64,000 nt of DNA, from positions 30,256,001 through 30,320,000 of the forward strand of contig NC_043016.1 of the NCBI RefSeq assembly GCF_006345805.1, read 5' to 3'. Below, in pieces: positions 1 through 12,893 of the stretch (its first letter is position 1; each line of letters starts with the position of its first letter). A model generated the notes under the pieces. That model had not been told where the DNA came from. It saw nothing but the letters and a program-made list of their open reading frames with translations, and did no database searches. The stretch comes from Octopus sinensis (Eukaryota). Position numbers and translations under genes: made by a program.

Positions 1-80
1 ATATAAATTAATTAATTTTATGTTTTGGCTTAAGTTTTTCATTGTTTGATTTGCCTAATAGTGGTTTTATCTCTAATTTA

Positions 81-120
<40 letters not shown>

Positions 121-1405
121 CAAGTATATCATTAATAATAAAATTAATAGTAGCTATTTGAAGCGTGAACCGTGCAAGCAAGTTTAAAAAATATGATGGT
201 ACTGGAAGAGTGCCAGTTTTGCTAGAAATAGAAGTCAAATGATTTCAGAAGCCACAGAGATCTCACTTACAAAAACAGTGAGCCAAAACACACTCACTGA
301 CAAATCACTCTCCCGTAACTCACCTTCCTAACATTCCCCCTCCCTACAACCCTGTGTTCACCACTCACTGCATTCCCCTCCCCACCTATCTTCCTTCAAC
401 TTTCCTTTTTGCACTCTTACAAGCTTACCAACCAACTCACCCTATCCTATCCTCTGTATCATTTCATTTATATATATATACACCCCAACAACACATCTTC
501 ATCGTCTTCTCTCTTTCTCTCTATTTCCCCTCTTTTCCCCAACAGGGGTACCTGTGAATCTCGTCAACTGCAAGGCTCCTTTTCCTGTACTTCTATTACA
601 CACATATCCTGTCATGGGAAAATATTGCCTGGCTTGGAAACAAGTGATGGCTGGCAACAGGAAGGGCATCTGACAGTAGAAAACCTGCCTTAATAAACAT
701 CTGGTCCATGCAAACATGGAGAAGTGGATGCTAAACCACTGGTGGTAGTGTTGGTAGTGGTGGTGGTGGCATTGGTAGTGGTGGTGGTGTTGGCAGTGGT
801 GATGTTGGCAGTGGTGGTGTTGGTAATGGTAGTGCTGGTAGTGGTAGTGTTGGTAGTGATGGTGTTGGTAGTGGTATTTTGGCAGTAGTGGTGTTGGCAG
901 TGGTGGTGGCGTTGGCAGTGGTGGTGGTGTTGGCAGTGGTGGTGTTAGTAGTGGTGGTGTGCATGTGTGTGTGTGAATGTTGACACCCTATTATCACTCT
1001 TCACCTGATACAAATCCACTTTCCTCAACAGTACAACTTACTCAGAGAGAGGAGTCTTGTCTGCAAGTTACTTTGAGACCTCACTACCAGTCTGGTGTTA
1101 CATAGAAAAGCACCTACTACACACTGTAAAGTAGTTGGTGTTAGGAAGGGCATCCAGTCATAGAAACCATGCCAAAATAGATAGTAGAAGCTGGCACAGC
1201 CTTCTGTCTCACCAGCTCTTGTCAAACTGTCCAGCCCATGCCAGCGTGGAAAGCAGATGTTAAATGATAATGATGCTGGCATGGTTGTGAAATTGAGAAG
1301 CTTCGTGAGGTGTCAGGTTCAATCCCACTGCTTGGCACCTTGGGCAAATATCTTCTACTGTAGTCCCAACCCGACTAAAGCCTTGTGAGTGAATGCCTGT
1401 TGGAA

Positions 1406-1443
<38 letters not shown>

Positions 1444-1655
1444 CTTTGTGTTGACATTTTGAGATGCTTGTAAATGAGCATCATTCAAGTGAGGCTGTTT
1501 GTTTCAAGTCTTCTGTAGCAAACATGTCTGATCACGAGAAGCATTAACTTACTTGGAAACAAGGTGAAAGCTGGTGACAGAAAGGGTATCTTTCTTTTGA
1601 CCACAATAAATTCTATGAGATCCATGCAAGCATGAAGAAGAGGATCACAATGATT

Positions 1656-1693
<38 letters not shown>

Positions 1694-2030
1694 CATCATC
1701 ATCATCGTTTAACGTCCACTTTTCTATGGTAGCATGGTTTGTACAATTTGACTGAAGACTGGCGAACCAGATGGCTGCACCAAGCTCCAGTCTTGATCTA
1801 GCAGAGTTTCTACAGCTGGATGCCCTTCCTATTGCCAACCACTCTTAGAGTGTAGTGGGTGCTTTTACATGCCACCGGCATGAGGGCCAGTCAGGTAGTA
1901 CTGGCAGCGGCCACGCTCAAATGGTATTTTTTACGTGCCACCTGCACAGTAGCTAGTCCAGTGGCACTGGCAATGACCTTGCTCAAATGTTTTTTCACAT
2001 ACCATCCGCACAAGTGCCATTAAGGCAACG

Positions 2031-2078
<48 letters not shown>

Positions 2079-3651
2079 ATACATATATATACACACATCA
2101 TTGAGTTGTCATGGCCAACTGGTTAAGATGATGGACTAGAAACCCACTGGGGTCCCCATGTAGATTCAAATCTTACTGCTGATGTTACTTCTATTTTAAG
2201 GGTGGTGCACCAGTATAGCCCCAGTCTCTGGCTGAAACCAGTAAAAGAATAAAAGAATATCATACATGGAAAGTGTTTTCTACCATAGCCCATGCCAGTC
2301 GATGCCCCATGAATGAATCTAAGAGACTAAAACTGTGCAAGAGCCCTTCATATATTTGTGTATAAGTGAGCATACACAAATACACACAAACACACACACA
2401 TATGCAAATCTAATAGGCTGCTTTTACTTTTCATCAACCAAATTTATTCGTCAGTTCGAGACTATAGTAAAAGACATTTGCCCAAAGTGCAGCACAATGG
2501 ACTGAACCTGAGACCATGTGGTTAGAAAGCAAACTTCTCAACCACATAGCTATGTCTGCAAACAATTTGGTTACCTAAATTAGTACGGTAATTGATTATT
2601 ATCTTTATTACATACCAGACTACCCGTGACCCGTTGGGTCACTGATGGTTCAGGTTATGAAACACTGAACTTGATTTCAACATTACATTGAAATGAAAAT
2701 TAATTTTACAATGATTTAGTTAAATATTTCAATTCGTTCATGTCGTCATTATTTCTAGTTTACAAATTCATGTTTAAAGTTTCATTGATTATTTACAGCA
2801 TCTAACAGAAATAGAACTTCCAGGATAAACTTGAACTCCAATAACAGCATTTATTTATGGCATATGTGCACACTTCTACAAAAATGCAAAAGGATTTGTT
2901 ATAGAACATAAAACATAAAATTAGTGAAAACAATTTTCACAGTATTATATATTCCCATTTCAGAATTATGTTACTTTCGAGGTATTTTCCCCATTATGTG
3001 CCATTTTGGCTATTTATGAAGGTACCAAAAAACATGTATCCGTAGTCCAATTTACATGAAACTTGTTTTATTTCATTTGTATTCACATTTCAGGGGTACC
3101 TTACTTACAGAGCATATTCCCATTATGCACAGGTTTGGCTGTATTAAATAACAGACAAGCAAGCATGCAAACAATCACAGAGTTTTCTCATGGAAACTGG
3201 GAAACTGGCCCTTATGAGTCGGCATAACTCAAGAAGGTAATTTTACTTTTACCTGTTAGTGTTGGTGCCTCGTAAAAAGCATCAGTGTTGGTGTCTCGTA
3301 AAAAGCACTGGTGCTGGTGCCACATAAAGCGCACTGGCACTGGTGCCATATAAAAAGCACCTAGTACACTCTATAAAGTAGTTGGCATTAGAAAGAGCAT
3401 CCAGCTGTAGAAACCATGCCTGTGCGGCTATCTAGCAAGCCAGCTCCCTTCAAACTGTCCAAACTGTGCCAGCTATGAAAACAAACATTAAATGATGAAG
3501 ATGATTAACTCACAGAAAACAGAGAGAACACTATATAAGGTGCAGTGTTTATAGAGAGCGTAAAAACTACAAAGGAGTAAGCAGAATGGTGCATTAAAAG
3601 AACAATTACAGAAATAATAATAATGAAAATGCATATGAAATGAGAACTTAC

Positions 3652-3832
3652 TTATCATAGAGTTTGAAGAAAAATTCTAATAATCCATTTTCATCAAGGC
3701 TCATCTCATCACGAATACACTGAAATCTTTCAGCATTCTCCCTTGTAAATATCAAAGATACAAACTTCTGTGTTCCCATAATGCAAAATTGTTTAATTTT
3801 GCGATTTCCAACTCTACCATCACTTCTTTCAA
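3652..3832 (-). CDS. Probable exon of an unidentified minus-strand gene (possible start ATG at 3779-3777)
   Basis: Minus-strand acceptor TTTTGTTATTTTTGCCATTGCAG and donor AA|GTAAGT. One frame is open throughout (ERSDGRVGNRKIKQFCIMGTQKFVSLIFTRENAERFQCIRDEMSLDENGLLEFFFKLYD). Not a recognisable repeat. Confidence 0.6.
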
Positions 3833-4321
3833 CTGCAATGGCAAAAATAACAAAATTTTGAAACATTTATGGAGATATAGCTGCAGGAACAGTTGTATGG
3901 CTAAGAAGCTAACTATCATTTACTATTACCCTCAATGTCCTCAAATATCCACCACAATTGAGGTGTTTAGTATCAGAGTGTCATAAGTGCCACCCTGGCC
4001 ACTTTCAAAGTTAGTATATCATTTTCTTTGACTCATCATCATCATTGTTTAACGTCTTCTTCCATGCTGGTATGGGGTGGACAGTTTGATTGAGGGCTGA
4101 CAAGCCAGAAGGCTGTACCAAGATCCAATCTGATCTAGCAAAGTTTCTACAGCTGGATGCCTTTCCTAATGCCAACAACTCCAAGAGTGTAGTGGGTGCT
4201 TTTACGTAGACCTGAAACATCAAATATTTCTTTCATTTTTCATGATCATTAAACTAATACACTCTGCTTGTTGTTCCCTCACTTGTCTCTGTCTTGAATA
4301 ATTTTAAACCATATATATAAT

Positions 4322-4750
4322 TACTAGCTGGTGTACCCGGTAATTCTCGAGGGTAAAGATGTTCTATTGAAACGCCTTATTACTCTGATAGACGAAAGCA
4401 ATTTCATTATAACACAAAAAGGTTTATTTTCTGTCACAAAAAAGTAGTAAAAAGTGATATTGTCTGCAAAAATTAGAAATAGGACACATAAAAGAAATTG
4501 TATAGGTGCTATGGGTTATTTACCTTGGGCGTTTAAAAACAAAATTAGTTATATTAGGTAGATATAAAGGTCCCTTCCAGGGGCCGTATTATCAATTTTT
4601 TCAACAATCTAAGTATGTCACGAGGTTTCCAGACATAAGTTGTCCTCACATTTCACGTTTCATCAAAATCAATAAAATGATGTAGGAGGAGTTAGCTAAC
4701 AACGCCACAAACAAACACACCCACAGATTTTCTACATATACAGTAGGTTA
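4322..4750 (+). mobile_element. Non-autonomous Helitron/Helentron-like element
   Basis: Starts TACTAG plus a GC-rich hairpin and ends TTTCATCAAAAT...(ACAA)n...ATATA-C-AGTAG. A similar TACTAG+CCCGG..CCGGG start is at 15921. Confidence 0.45.
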
Positions 4751-4932
4751 ACTTTGAAAATGGAGAGATCCAATGGATACAAGTTAATTTATTAATTAAT
4801 TAACATCTTCACCTACAGTGTTTCATTTCACACTTAATACAATATATTAAATCAGTATATCTTGGATAAAAATATCCTTAAAGAGGTTTAAATATCCTCA
4901 GTGACTATATATATATATATACACACACACAC

Positions 4933-4982
<50 letters not shown>

Positions 4983-5379
4983 TTGATCATTCTCCTATGC
5001 ACATGTGTAGGGAGACACACAACAGACAGCCACTCCTACCAAAATTCTTACTATAAATTCTTCCTGCAACCACAAGTGACACTAAGTCCAACCACACACA
5101 TACATAAACAGCCACAACCAAACACATGCACAGACCTGTGCGCACGCACATACCCACTTAGAAAGAACTTTTCTTCATCCATTCCCTTCCGGGAATGTGT
5201 GTATCATTGGCGATTTTCTTTCTGTCTTCCTTTTTTTGGACTTTTTCTATATTGCTGACGAAGCACTCCACTTGAAATGTGAGATCCTCTTTCTTTTCTT
5301 TCCTATCCTGAGCGTCCAATAACACAGTACTTGTTCCATGTCCTCACGTTGTTTTTTCTCTTGCTTGGATTGACTATAT

Positions 5380-5890
5380 ATCATCATCATCGTTTAATGT
5401 CCGCTTTCCATGCTAGCATGGGTTGGACGATTTGACTGAGGACTGGCGAACCAGATGGCTGCACCAGGCTCCAATGTTGATCTAGCAGAGTTTCTACAGC
5501 TGGATGCCCTTCCTAACGCCAACCACTTTGAGAGTGTAGTGGGTGCTTTTACGTGCCACCGGCACAGGGGCCAGTCAGGTGGTACTGACAACGACCTCAC
5601 TCAAATGATTTTTCACGTACCAGTAAGGCGACGCTGGTAACGATCACGATTGAATGGTGCCTTTTACGTGTCACCAGCATGGAAGCCATTTAGCCGCTCT
5701 GGTGACGATCACGGTCGGATGGTGCTCTTAGCGCCCTGCTAGCATGGGGCACAAGTGCCAGTAGGGCAATGCTAGTAACGATCACGCTCGATGGTGCCTT
5801 TTACATGCCACAGGCACGGAAGCCAGTTAGCCACTCTGTCAACGATCACGCTCAGATGGTGCTCTTTGCACCTCACTAGCAAGGATGCCA
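5380..5890 (-). mobile_element. SINE family C (RTE-like 3' end, (GAT)n tail) with internal tandem repeats
   Basis: CTGGATGCCCTTCCTAACGCCAACC motif shared with copies at about 1690-2030 and 4040-4215 (minus), and 1040-1270, 3250-3505, 12890-13095, 19040-19280, 34445-34740, 35420-35750 and 53960-54330 (plus). Confidence 0.8.
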
Positions 5891-6264
5891 GTCATTGAAT
5901 TTGATTTTGATTTCACTTGCCTCAGCAGGTCTTCACAAGCAGAGTTTAGTGTCCAAAGAAAGAAAAGGTACACATAAGTGGGCTGGTTACGCCCCTGGCA
6001 TAGGCCACAAGGTTATGGTCTTATTTGGCTTTCTGGGTCTTCTCAAGCACAGCATATATATATTACATTCGATCCTTTTTCCGAGAAATCTAATGCTCGT
6101 AGCTTAGTTTTTCCTTGGGGCTGGCCGGATCGGAGTGATCTCAAGATTAATCAGCCGAAATTGCGAGGATGATCCGGTTCTTGACTGAAGATTGAAGGCT
6201 TCGAATGTCCCGTCCGTGTTTTGTGTCGTCTATTTGAGTGTTTTGCGTTCTTGTCCCAATTTAT

Positions 6265-6303
<39 letters not shown>

Positions 6304-7097
6304 ACACATATATATATATATATATATACATACACACACAGAAATATCTATGTGTATCTGTCTTTGTATCACTTTTCCACCCACTGGCCTCCACCTGATA
6401 ACTGATGGTTTGCCTATATTTCCAAAACTTAGCAGCTCAGCAAAATGAGACCATTTAGAACAGATACCAAACTTATTTAGCCCCAGGAAACATTGTCTCC
6501 AGCTGGCTATATGACACAGTATCTGTGTCCTTATATTTTTATAATGCTTGTACATTAAAGTTATTTTGACTTACTCATGTATTATCTTGTAGCTTTCAGA
6601 TTTCAAAGATATGACTTTATATTTAGAAAGACAATGTAAGGTAGGCATGAGAGGCGAGATCTGGCCAGTTTGGACACAAAACAGGAAAAATATTTGGGCT
6701 GGATATGGCTGGTTTAAATGCTATAGGGTTAAACAATGATGATAGAATAAATGGAAATAAGGAGTCAATAGTTGTTGAGTTTAACTTTTGATGTTGTCTA
6801 GGTCCAACTTTGTCTTATCCAGTTATTAAAGTTAAACATTATTCTCTAGTTCAGGAGAAGTCAGTCAACCAACCAACCTGCCTCTATACAGTCATCCAAC
6901 CAGCTAAAAACAATAGCCAAAGCTCCCTCAAGTCACATCCTTGCATTTTTTTTTGTTTAAAAAAACTGGAGGATACATTAAAAGACAGGAGATGGTCGGA
7001 ACTTGCTTAACATGATCACTCAGCCTGCTGAAATCACATCCTACTGTCACAGAGAAATTATATATCAGATAATGAAGATAGATATATAGAAACTTAC

Positions 7098-7350
7098 GTC
7101 TTAAGTGGATGTGGGGGACGATAAATTCTTAACTGTTACACCATTTCACTCGTTTCATGAGACGAGTGTAATCTTTGATCGTCTGCTTTTGGAATAGCCA
7201 AGGAGCAAGGAATTTAGCGGTTAATTCCTTTTGTGAAAGAATTTTTTGTTCCGAAAAAAAAAATTCCTCATTTTTTGAAGGGGGATGCAAATCCCATACT
7301 CTTTTACGGTAAATTTTTACTGTTACACCCATCCCACCAGATAAATAAAA
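7098..7350 (-). other. Candidate non-coding first exon of the minus-strand gene
   Basis: Donor AAGAC|GTAAGT at 7097-7092 in unique, CpG-containing sequence. The 5' end is a guess. Confidence 0.35.
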
Positions 7351-7637
7351 AACACCAAAGAATGATCGTAGTTGGATGACCTTTGATCAAAACTCCTAAT
7401 CTACAGCCAAATAATAACAACGATGCATACGTTCTGTGAGTTACCTTAATCAGATCTTATCTACAGGTCGTAAGCTGTGGGGACTTGCGCTGTTCCAGCG
7501 AGTTGCTGCATTCGTCATCTGTCGGTATATTCTCAACAATAACTAATAAAAATAATTCAGTAGATCCAAAACAGTAAATGATAATTAACAACTTCTTTAA
7601 ATATTTAATAAATATTACGCAAATTATTTCCTTCTAG

Positions 7638-7830
7638 GGATTAAAGAAAAAAAAATTCACTTCGGTAATTATCTCCCCTTGTCACTGAAGCCAATATTAG
7701 ATGATCTCTCCATGTGTAACATCCAGGCACCGGCTTCCTCTCCAAATTGTATCGTTCGACTGATAAGACAACTGGACAAAGTTCTATCTCACAATCTCAT
7801 TTCTCTCCTCAAGGAAAACCTGAAGTCTAA
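7638..7830 (+). other. Candidate exon of an unidentified plus-strand transcript
   Basis: TTATTTCCTTCTAG acceptor and AA|GTAAGA donor. One frame is open over all 193 nt (IKEKKIHFGNYLPLSLKPILDDLSMCNIQAPASSPNCIVRLIRQLDKVLSHNLISLLKENLKS). No family recognised. Confidence 0.35.
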
Positions 7831-8507
7831 GTAAGAAATGTATCGATTAAATCATGTAGTTTCATTCGGCCTATAGATATACCCTTCTTTTAACAGAGTG
7901 CAAAGTCGTTTTTGTTTTGTTTTTTGGGGGTGGGGGTGGGGACCTTTAACTAAATCGATTCCAACCTAACGTTAACGTGGATGCAAAATAATACTAGAAG
8001 GCTTCTGGAGCATCTTAATTAAGAGGGGAGAATACATGAAATTAAATACAACAATGCCCAACTATTCAGTTCGTAACAAACTAGTATTTCTGCAATAATA
8101 AACTTTTAGAAAAGAAAAATAATAACAAAAGACGGATACACAGGTAGAGGAATATTTGCGGTGAACAACCACGTCCGACCCGGTTTCAATTCCCAATTGA
8201 AATCATTTTACATAAGTTTCTTTAGTGTTAGAAATAACTGAATCGTTTTATAGGCGATGTATTCACAAGGCGACAAGCATATTTATTTATTTTTATCAAA
8301 TTAATAATTTCCTTTTTCTCGTTTATAAAACTGGTAATTTTACTGTACGGGTAATCTAATAATTTTATCAATGCAGAGCAAATACGCAAACATCAATGTT
8401 AATATTTTGCCGTTTATTGTATGTTTCATTCATAAATTTTGTTGGTTCAATTCATTGTTTTTATTTTCTCGCTGGTATATCTTGTAATTTTAAGAATATT
8501 GTGAAGT

Positions 8508-8730
8508 ACCTATTTCTTTACTACCCACAAGGGGCTAAACACAGAGGGGACAGACAAAGGGATTAAGTCGATTATATCGACCCCAGTGCGTAACTGGTAC
8601 TTATTTAATCGACCCCGAAAGGATGAAAGGCAAATTCGACCTCGGCGGAATTTGAACTCAGAACGTAGCGGCAGACGAAATACCGCTGAGCATTTTGTCC
8701 GGAGTACTAACGTTTCTGCCAGCTCGCCGA
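8508..8730 (-). mobile_element. SINE family B (GGCGAGCTGGCAGAA head; GTCGACTTTGCCTTTCATCC core)
   Basis: Aligns with copies at about 9635-9850, 28415-28595, 36150-36540 (two in tandem) and 38525-38730 (all minus), and 39705-39920 and 41570-41940 (plus). Confidence 0.85.
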
Positions 8731-8923
8731 ATTGCTGATGTGTTATTTCGTTTCAGTGTTGTTATTGTAAATAAAGTACTCATTACAATGCATAGACATA
8801 TTCTGCAGTATTTCAATTAGCACCGAATTATTAATATTCAGTAAAATTTACTGAATATAAATCCCAAAAAAGGAAAATATATCAGTTAACTGCGGAATTC
8901 TGTTTTATGCAAATCATATAACC

Positions 8924-9290
8924 CCTCACAACTTTTTTTATTTTTCAGAATTTTTAGAAGATTTTTGCGAATTTGTATTCTATACACGGGAATTCATATA
9001 CCACTATGCAAAAATAATGTGTGATTTAAGGGGTATTTAAATGGACCACTTCAAACCATCCTCGTTTGTTTGTCACTAACGTATTGATGTTTTTCAATAT
9101 CTGTCGCCCCATAAACACATTTAATGGTCCATTGTTGGGATATAAGTTAAAAATTTGGACGGTCCGTATTTTAAACTGAGTTAAAAACTAACAAAAAATT
9201 TCCTTTGCACAGTCATATGAATTCCTGTGTGCAGAACATAAATTCACAAAAATTTTTTGAAAATTCAAAAAAATAAAGAAAGTTATGAGG
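8924..9290. mobile_element. MITE with long imperfect terminal inverted repeats
   Basis: CCTCACAACTTT...GGAATTCATAT (about 8924-9010) is the reverse complement of ATATGAATTCC...AAGTTATGAGG (about 9200-9290). Confidence 0.7.
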
Positions 9291-10099
9291 CTGAAAGCCA
9301 AACAGTTATACAAATAGGTGCTTCGTTAGATTCAACCAGTCCAACAAGACCGAACTACCAAATGTTGAAGAGAGATTTGTTGAGGGAGTGTCAATGCTAA
9401 TATGAAGTTCAGGAATGCAAAGACAGATTTCGAGGGAAAGACACTGTGCAGATGCTCGACAGGTTAAAAAGAAATAGCAGCAAAAAGCTTCCTGAAATCA
9501 CACCCTACCATCGTCAAGAAAGTGGGAAGGATATTTTGAACAATATGGTCCAGATATATATAAAGACAGGGATTGATTGTGGTTATTACGGCTGGTCTGG
9601 GACGAAGCATTTTGGTTCTTAGATATAATAACAATCCTCTTTATACTATAGGCACAAGGTCTGAAATTTTGGTGGATGAGTTAATTCGAAATCATCGACC
9701 GTAATGCGTAACTGGTGCTTATTTCATCGACTCCGAGAGAATGAAAGAGATAGTCGACTTCGGTGGAGTTGGAACTCAGAACGTTGACAGAAGAAATGCA
9801 GCCAAGCATTTTCACCAGCGAGCCAAAGATTCTGCCAGCTCATCGCTTTATTGATAATAATAATAACAATAATAATATAAATGCTTAGAATTTTTTTAAA
9901 AATCATAAACGAAGAAACACTTGTAAAGATACTAGTAGGTCACGTTAAGTAAGTATAACGGTTACGAAGTAATATCGATAACATTGGCTCCAGTACCGAA
10001 CAAATGAAAGACAAGAAATGCGTAAAATAATTCAGGGAAAAAAAAAACAACAAAAATTAAAAATATCTTTGCGAGCAAACCTTTCTAAGGGGAGTATGA

Positions 10100-10260
10100 A
10101 GCCTCTTCAAGATGTCCACCACCACGCACTCTCCTTGCATTTGTCTTTTTCTCCTCGGTTATCCTGACTCTCTGATTGGTTGATGCGGTTGATTGCGTAA
10201 CGCCTCTCTACCTTCAGTGCTCGCCTAACATCTTTATTAACTACCAGCTGGCATTTACTC
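10100..10260 (+). promoter_or_regulatory. Promoter-like CpG-rich unique segment
   Basis: Reverse CCAAT (CTGATTGGTT, ATTGG 10175-79), TTGATTGCGTAAC, and Inr-like TCAGT at 10214-18. CpG is locally enriched relative to the flanks. Confidence 0.35.
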
Positions 10261-10936
10261 TGTAGTTGTTTATTGAAAATTCACACAAATATATATATAC
10301 ATGATTTTGTTACTACTCTGAGTTTTTCAAGTGTCAGTATTTTCATAATAGCGCTCCTCACAACAGCATTACTGCAAATTTTGTGTCATTATCGAGTGCT
10401 ATTTTTCTTTTTTTTCTTTTGCACATAAACTCTAATTTATATACGCGCATACATATACATTTCAATCAAATATTATTTTTTGTTCTCATTTCCATACTGA
10501 CCTCTTTGATCATTGTTTGCCTAATCTCTTGTTTACCGCTATCTCAAACATGGAGAGGCCTGCTAATACATTCATGCATAAGTCAATAGTTATATATAAA
10601 TAAGAATATCGACTCAGACAGGCAGATTGATGTGTAAGACAGCTGGATGGACAGACAAACATAGTAATGGACAAGTTGGGACACTTGAATACATGCCAGG
10701 AGCTATATATAGAAGACATATGCAGGGGCTTAGCGTAGGTTTTGGCAGCCTCCTTCCATAGACGTAACATTCCTTCAACTACGACAAACATTGTTATATA
10801 AAATGTGGTCGTCCTATGCGGACCATTTATTCCGCACATCAGACGACATACTACTTAAATAGATGCACACACACGCACGCGCATTTTGTATTACAAGATT
10901 TGTTACGTAAAGTTTTATGTACATAAAAAGTACCAT

Positions 10937-11297
10937 CTCTCTTTTACTTGCTTCAGCCATTTGACTGCGGCCATGCTGGAGCACCGCCTTTAGTCGAGCA
11001 AATCAACCCCAGGACTTATTCTTTGTAAGCCTAGTACTTATTCTATCGGTCTCTTTTGCCGAACCTCTAAGTTACGGGGACGAAACACACCAGCATCGGT
11101 TGTCAAGCGATGTTGGGGGTGACAAACATATATACGATGTGCTTCTTTCAGTTTCTGTCTACCAAAATCACTCACAAGGCTTTGGCTGGCCTGAGGCTAT
11201 AGCAAAAGACACTTGCCCAAGGTGCCACACAGTGGGACTGAACCTGGAACCATGTGGTTGGTAAGTAAGCTACTTATCACACAGCCACTCTTGCGCC
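10937..11297 (-). mobile_element. SINE family A (tRNA head, CORE-like GGCACCTTGGGCAAG segment, central TA/TG repeat, AAGAGTAA tail)
   Basis: Aligns end to end with the reverse complement of the copies at 36590, 44565 and 49265. Confidence 0.85.
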
Positions 11298-11299
11298 TT

Positions 11300-11712
11300 T
11301 TTGGGACCACTACTGTTCATAATGGCCCTCTCAGATATGCTCTCAGCCACGATCACAAGTTATGCAGATGATACAAAAGTTTCACAGGCAATACAGAACC
11401 CTGAAGGTATATTTTGTCCTGCAATGTGAGCTGGACAAAATATACAAGTGGGCTGAAAAGAATAGCATGCAGTTCAATGCTGAAAAGTTTCAAGCTTTAT
11501 GCTATCAGCATGCAAAACTAAGTGCAATACCCAATAAATACACGGGACCTGGAGGGATTGCAATCCCAGAGGCACAATCAGTGCGAGACCTGGGTATTTA
11601 CATGAGTGATGATGCAACCTTTCATGTGCATGTTGCTAAATTGGCAATGAAATGTAGGCGACTGACTGGATGGATTCTTAGAACCTTTAGAACAAGAGAC
11701 CAGGAAACCATG
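11300..11712 (+). mobile_element. CR1-clade LINE reverse-transcriptase fragment
   Basis: LGPLLFIMALSDM...SYADDTKV (YADD at 11361-72), then a frameshift into LQCELDKIYKWAEKNSMQFNAEKFQ...VRDLGIYMSDD...GWILRTF. Confidence 0.85.
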
Positions 11713-12852
11713 ATATATATATATATGTAGGCAACTCATCAGATGTAAATGGTCTAAACGCTTACACGTATATACATTTAAATACTTTATATATAGATGT
11801 GGCTCTATTGTATGAGGCTTGCTTCACATACTCATGATTCCAGGTTCAGTCCCACTGTGTGGCACTTTGAGCAAGTGTCTTCTATAGCTTCAGGCCAATC
11901 AAAGCCCTGTGACAAAAACTGAAAGAAGTCCATCATATATATTTATGTGTGTGTTGTAGTGTTTGAAGTGGTGTACAGATATTGCATATTAACTCTTAAA
12001 CATATCTTGAAGAGTTTGAGTGAACAATTGAAAGTGCTAATAAAGAATTATCAAAAATTCTGAATGCTTCTTCTTAATATATATATACTCTCTCTTTTAC
12101 TTGTTTCAGTCATTTGACTGTAGCCATGCTGGAGCACCGCCTTTAGTCGAGCAAATCGACCCCAGGATTTATTCTTTACAAACCTAGTATTTATTCTATC
12201 GATCTCTATATTATATATATATTATATTTTTCCAGATGAAAATACTTCCTCTGTTTAGGGCATTATTCCCTAAAACCTAGGGAATTGAATAAATAATTCA
12301 TATTACCATCTAAACCTACTCCATTTATTTGATGACATTTATTGGACTCTGTCTAATAAATTGATTCTTTCAATGATTTTTAACTTGCTTACCAACCACA
12401 TGGTTCTGGGTTCAGTCCCACCACATGGCACTTTGGGCAAGTGTCTTCTGCTATAGCCTCAGGCTGACCAAAGCCTTGTGAGTAGATTTGATGGACGGAA
12501 ACTGAAAAAAGACCATTGTTGATATATACAAATATATATATACATATATATATATGTGTGTGTATATGTTTGTGTTTGTCCCCACAATCATCGCTTGACA
12601 ACCGATGTTGGTGTGTTTACATCCCCGTAACTTAGCACTGCATTTAGTCAAAGAAATCAACCCCAGTACTTATTCTTGGTAAGTCTAGTACTCATTTTAT
12701 TGGTCTCTTTGGCTGAGCTGCTAGGTTATGGGGACCGGACATAAAAACAGCAACATCGATTGTCAATGATGGTGGGTGACAAACTTAGACACACACACAC
12801 ATGCGCATACAATATATACATACATATATTATATACTTACATACATACATAC

Positions 12853-12893
<41 letters not shown>

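Noticed and set aside
6120-6215. GGCTG...CAGCCGAAA and CTGAAGA...TTCGAATGTC motifs (also 37396-37455)
   Set aside because: The two halves are in the wrong arrangement for one hammerhead, and neither has both core segments with valid stems.
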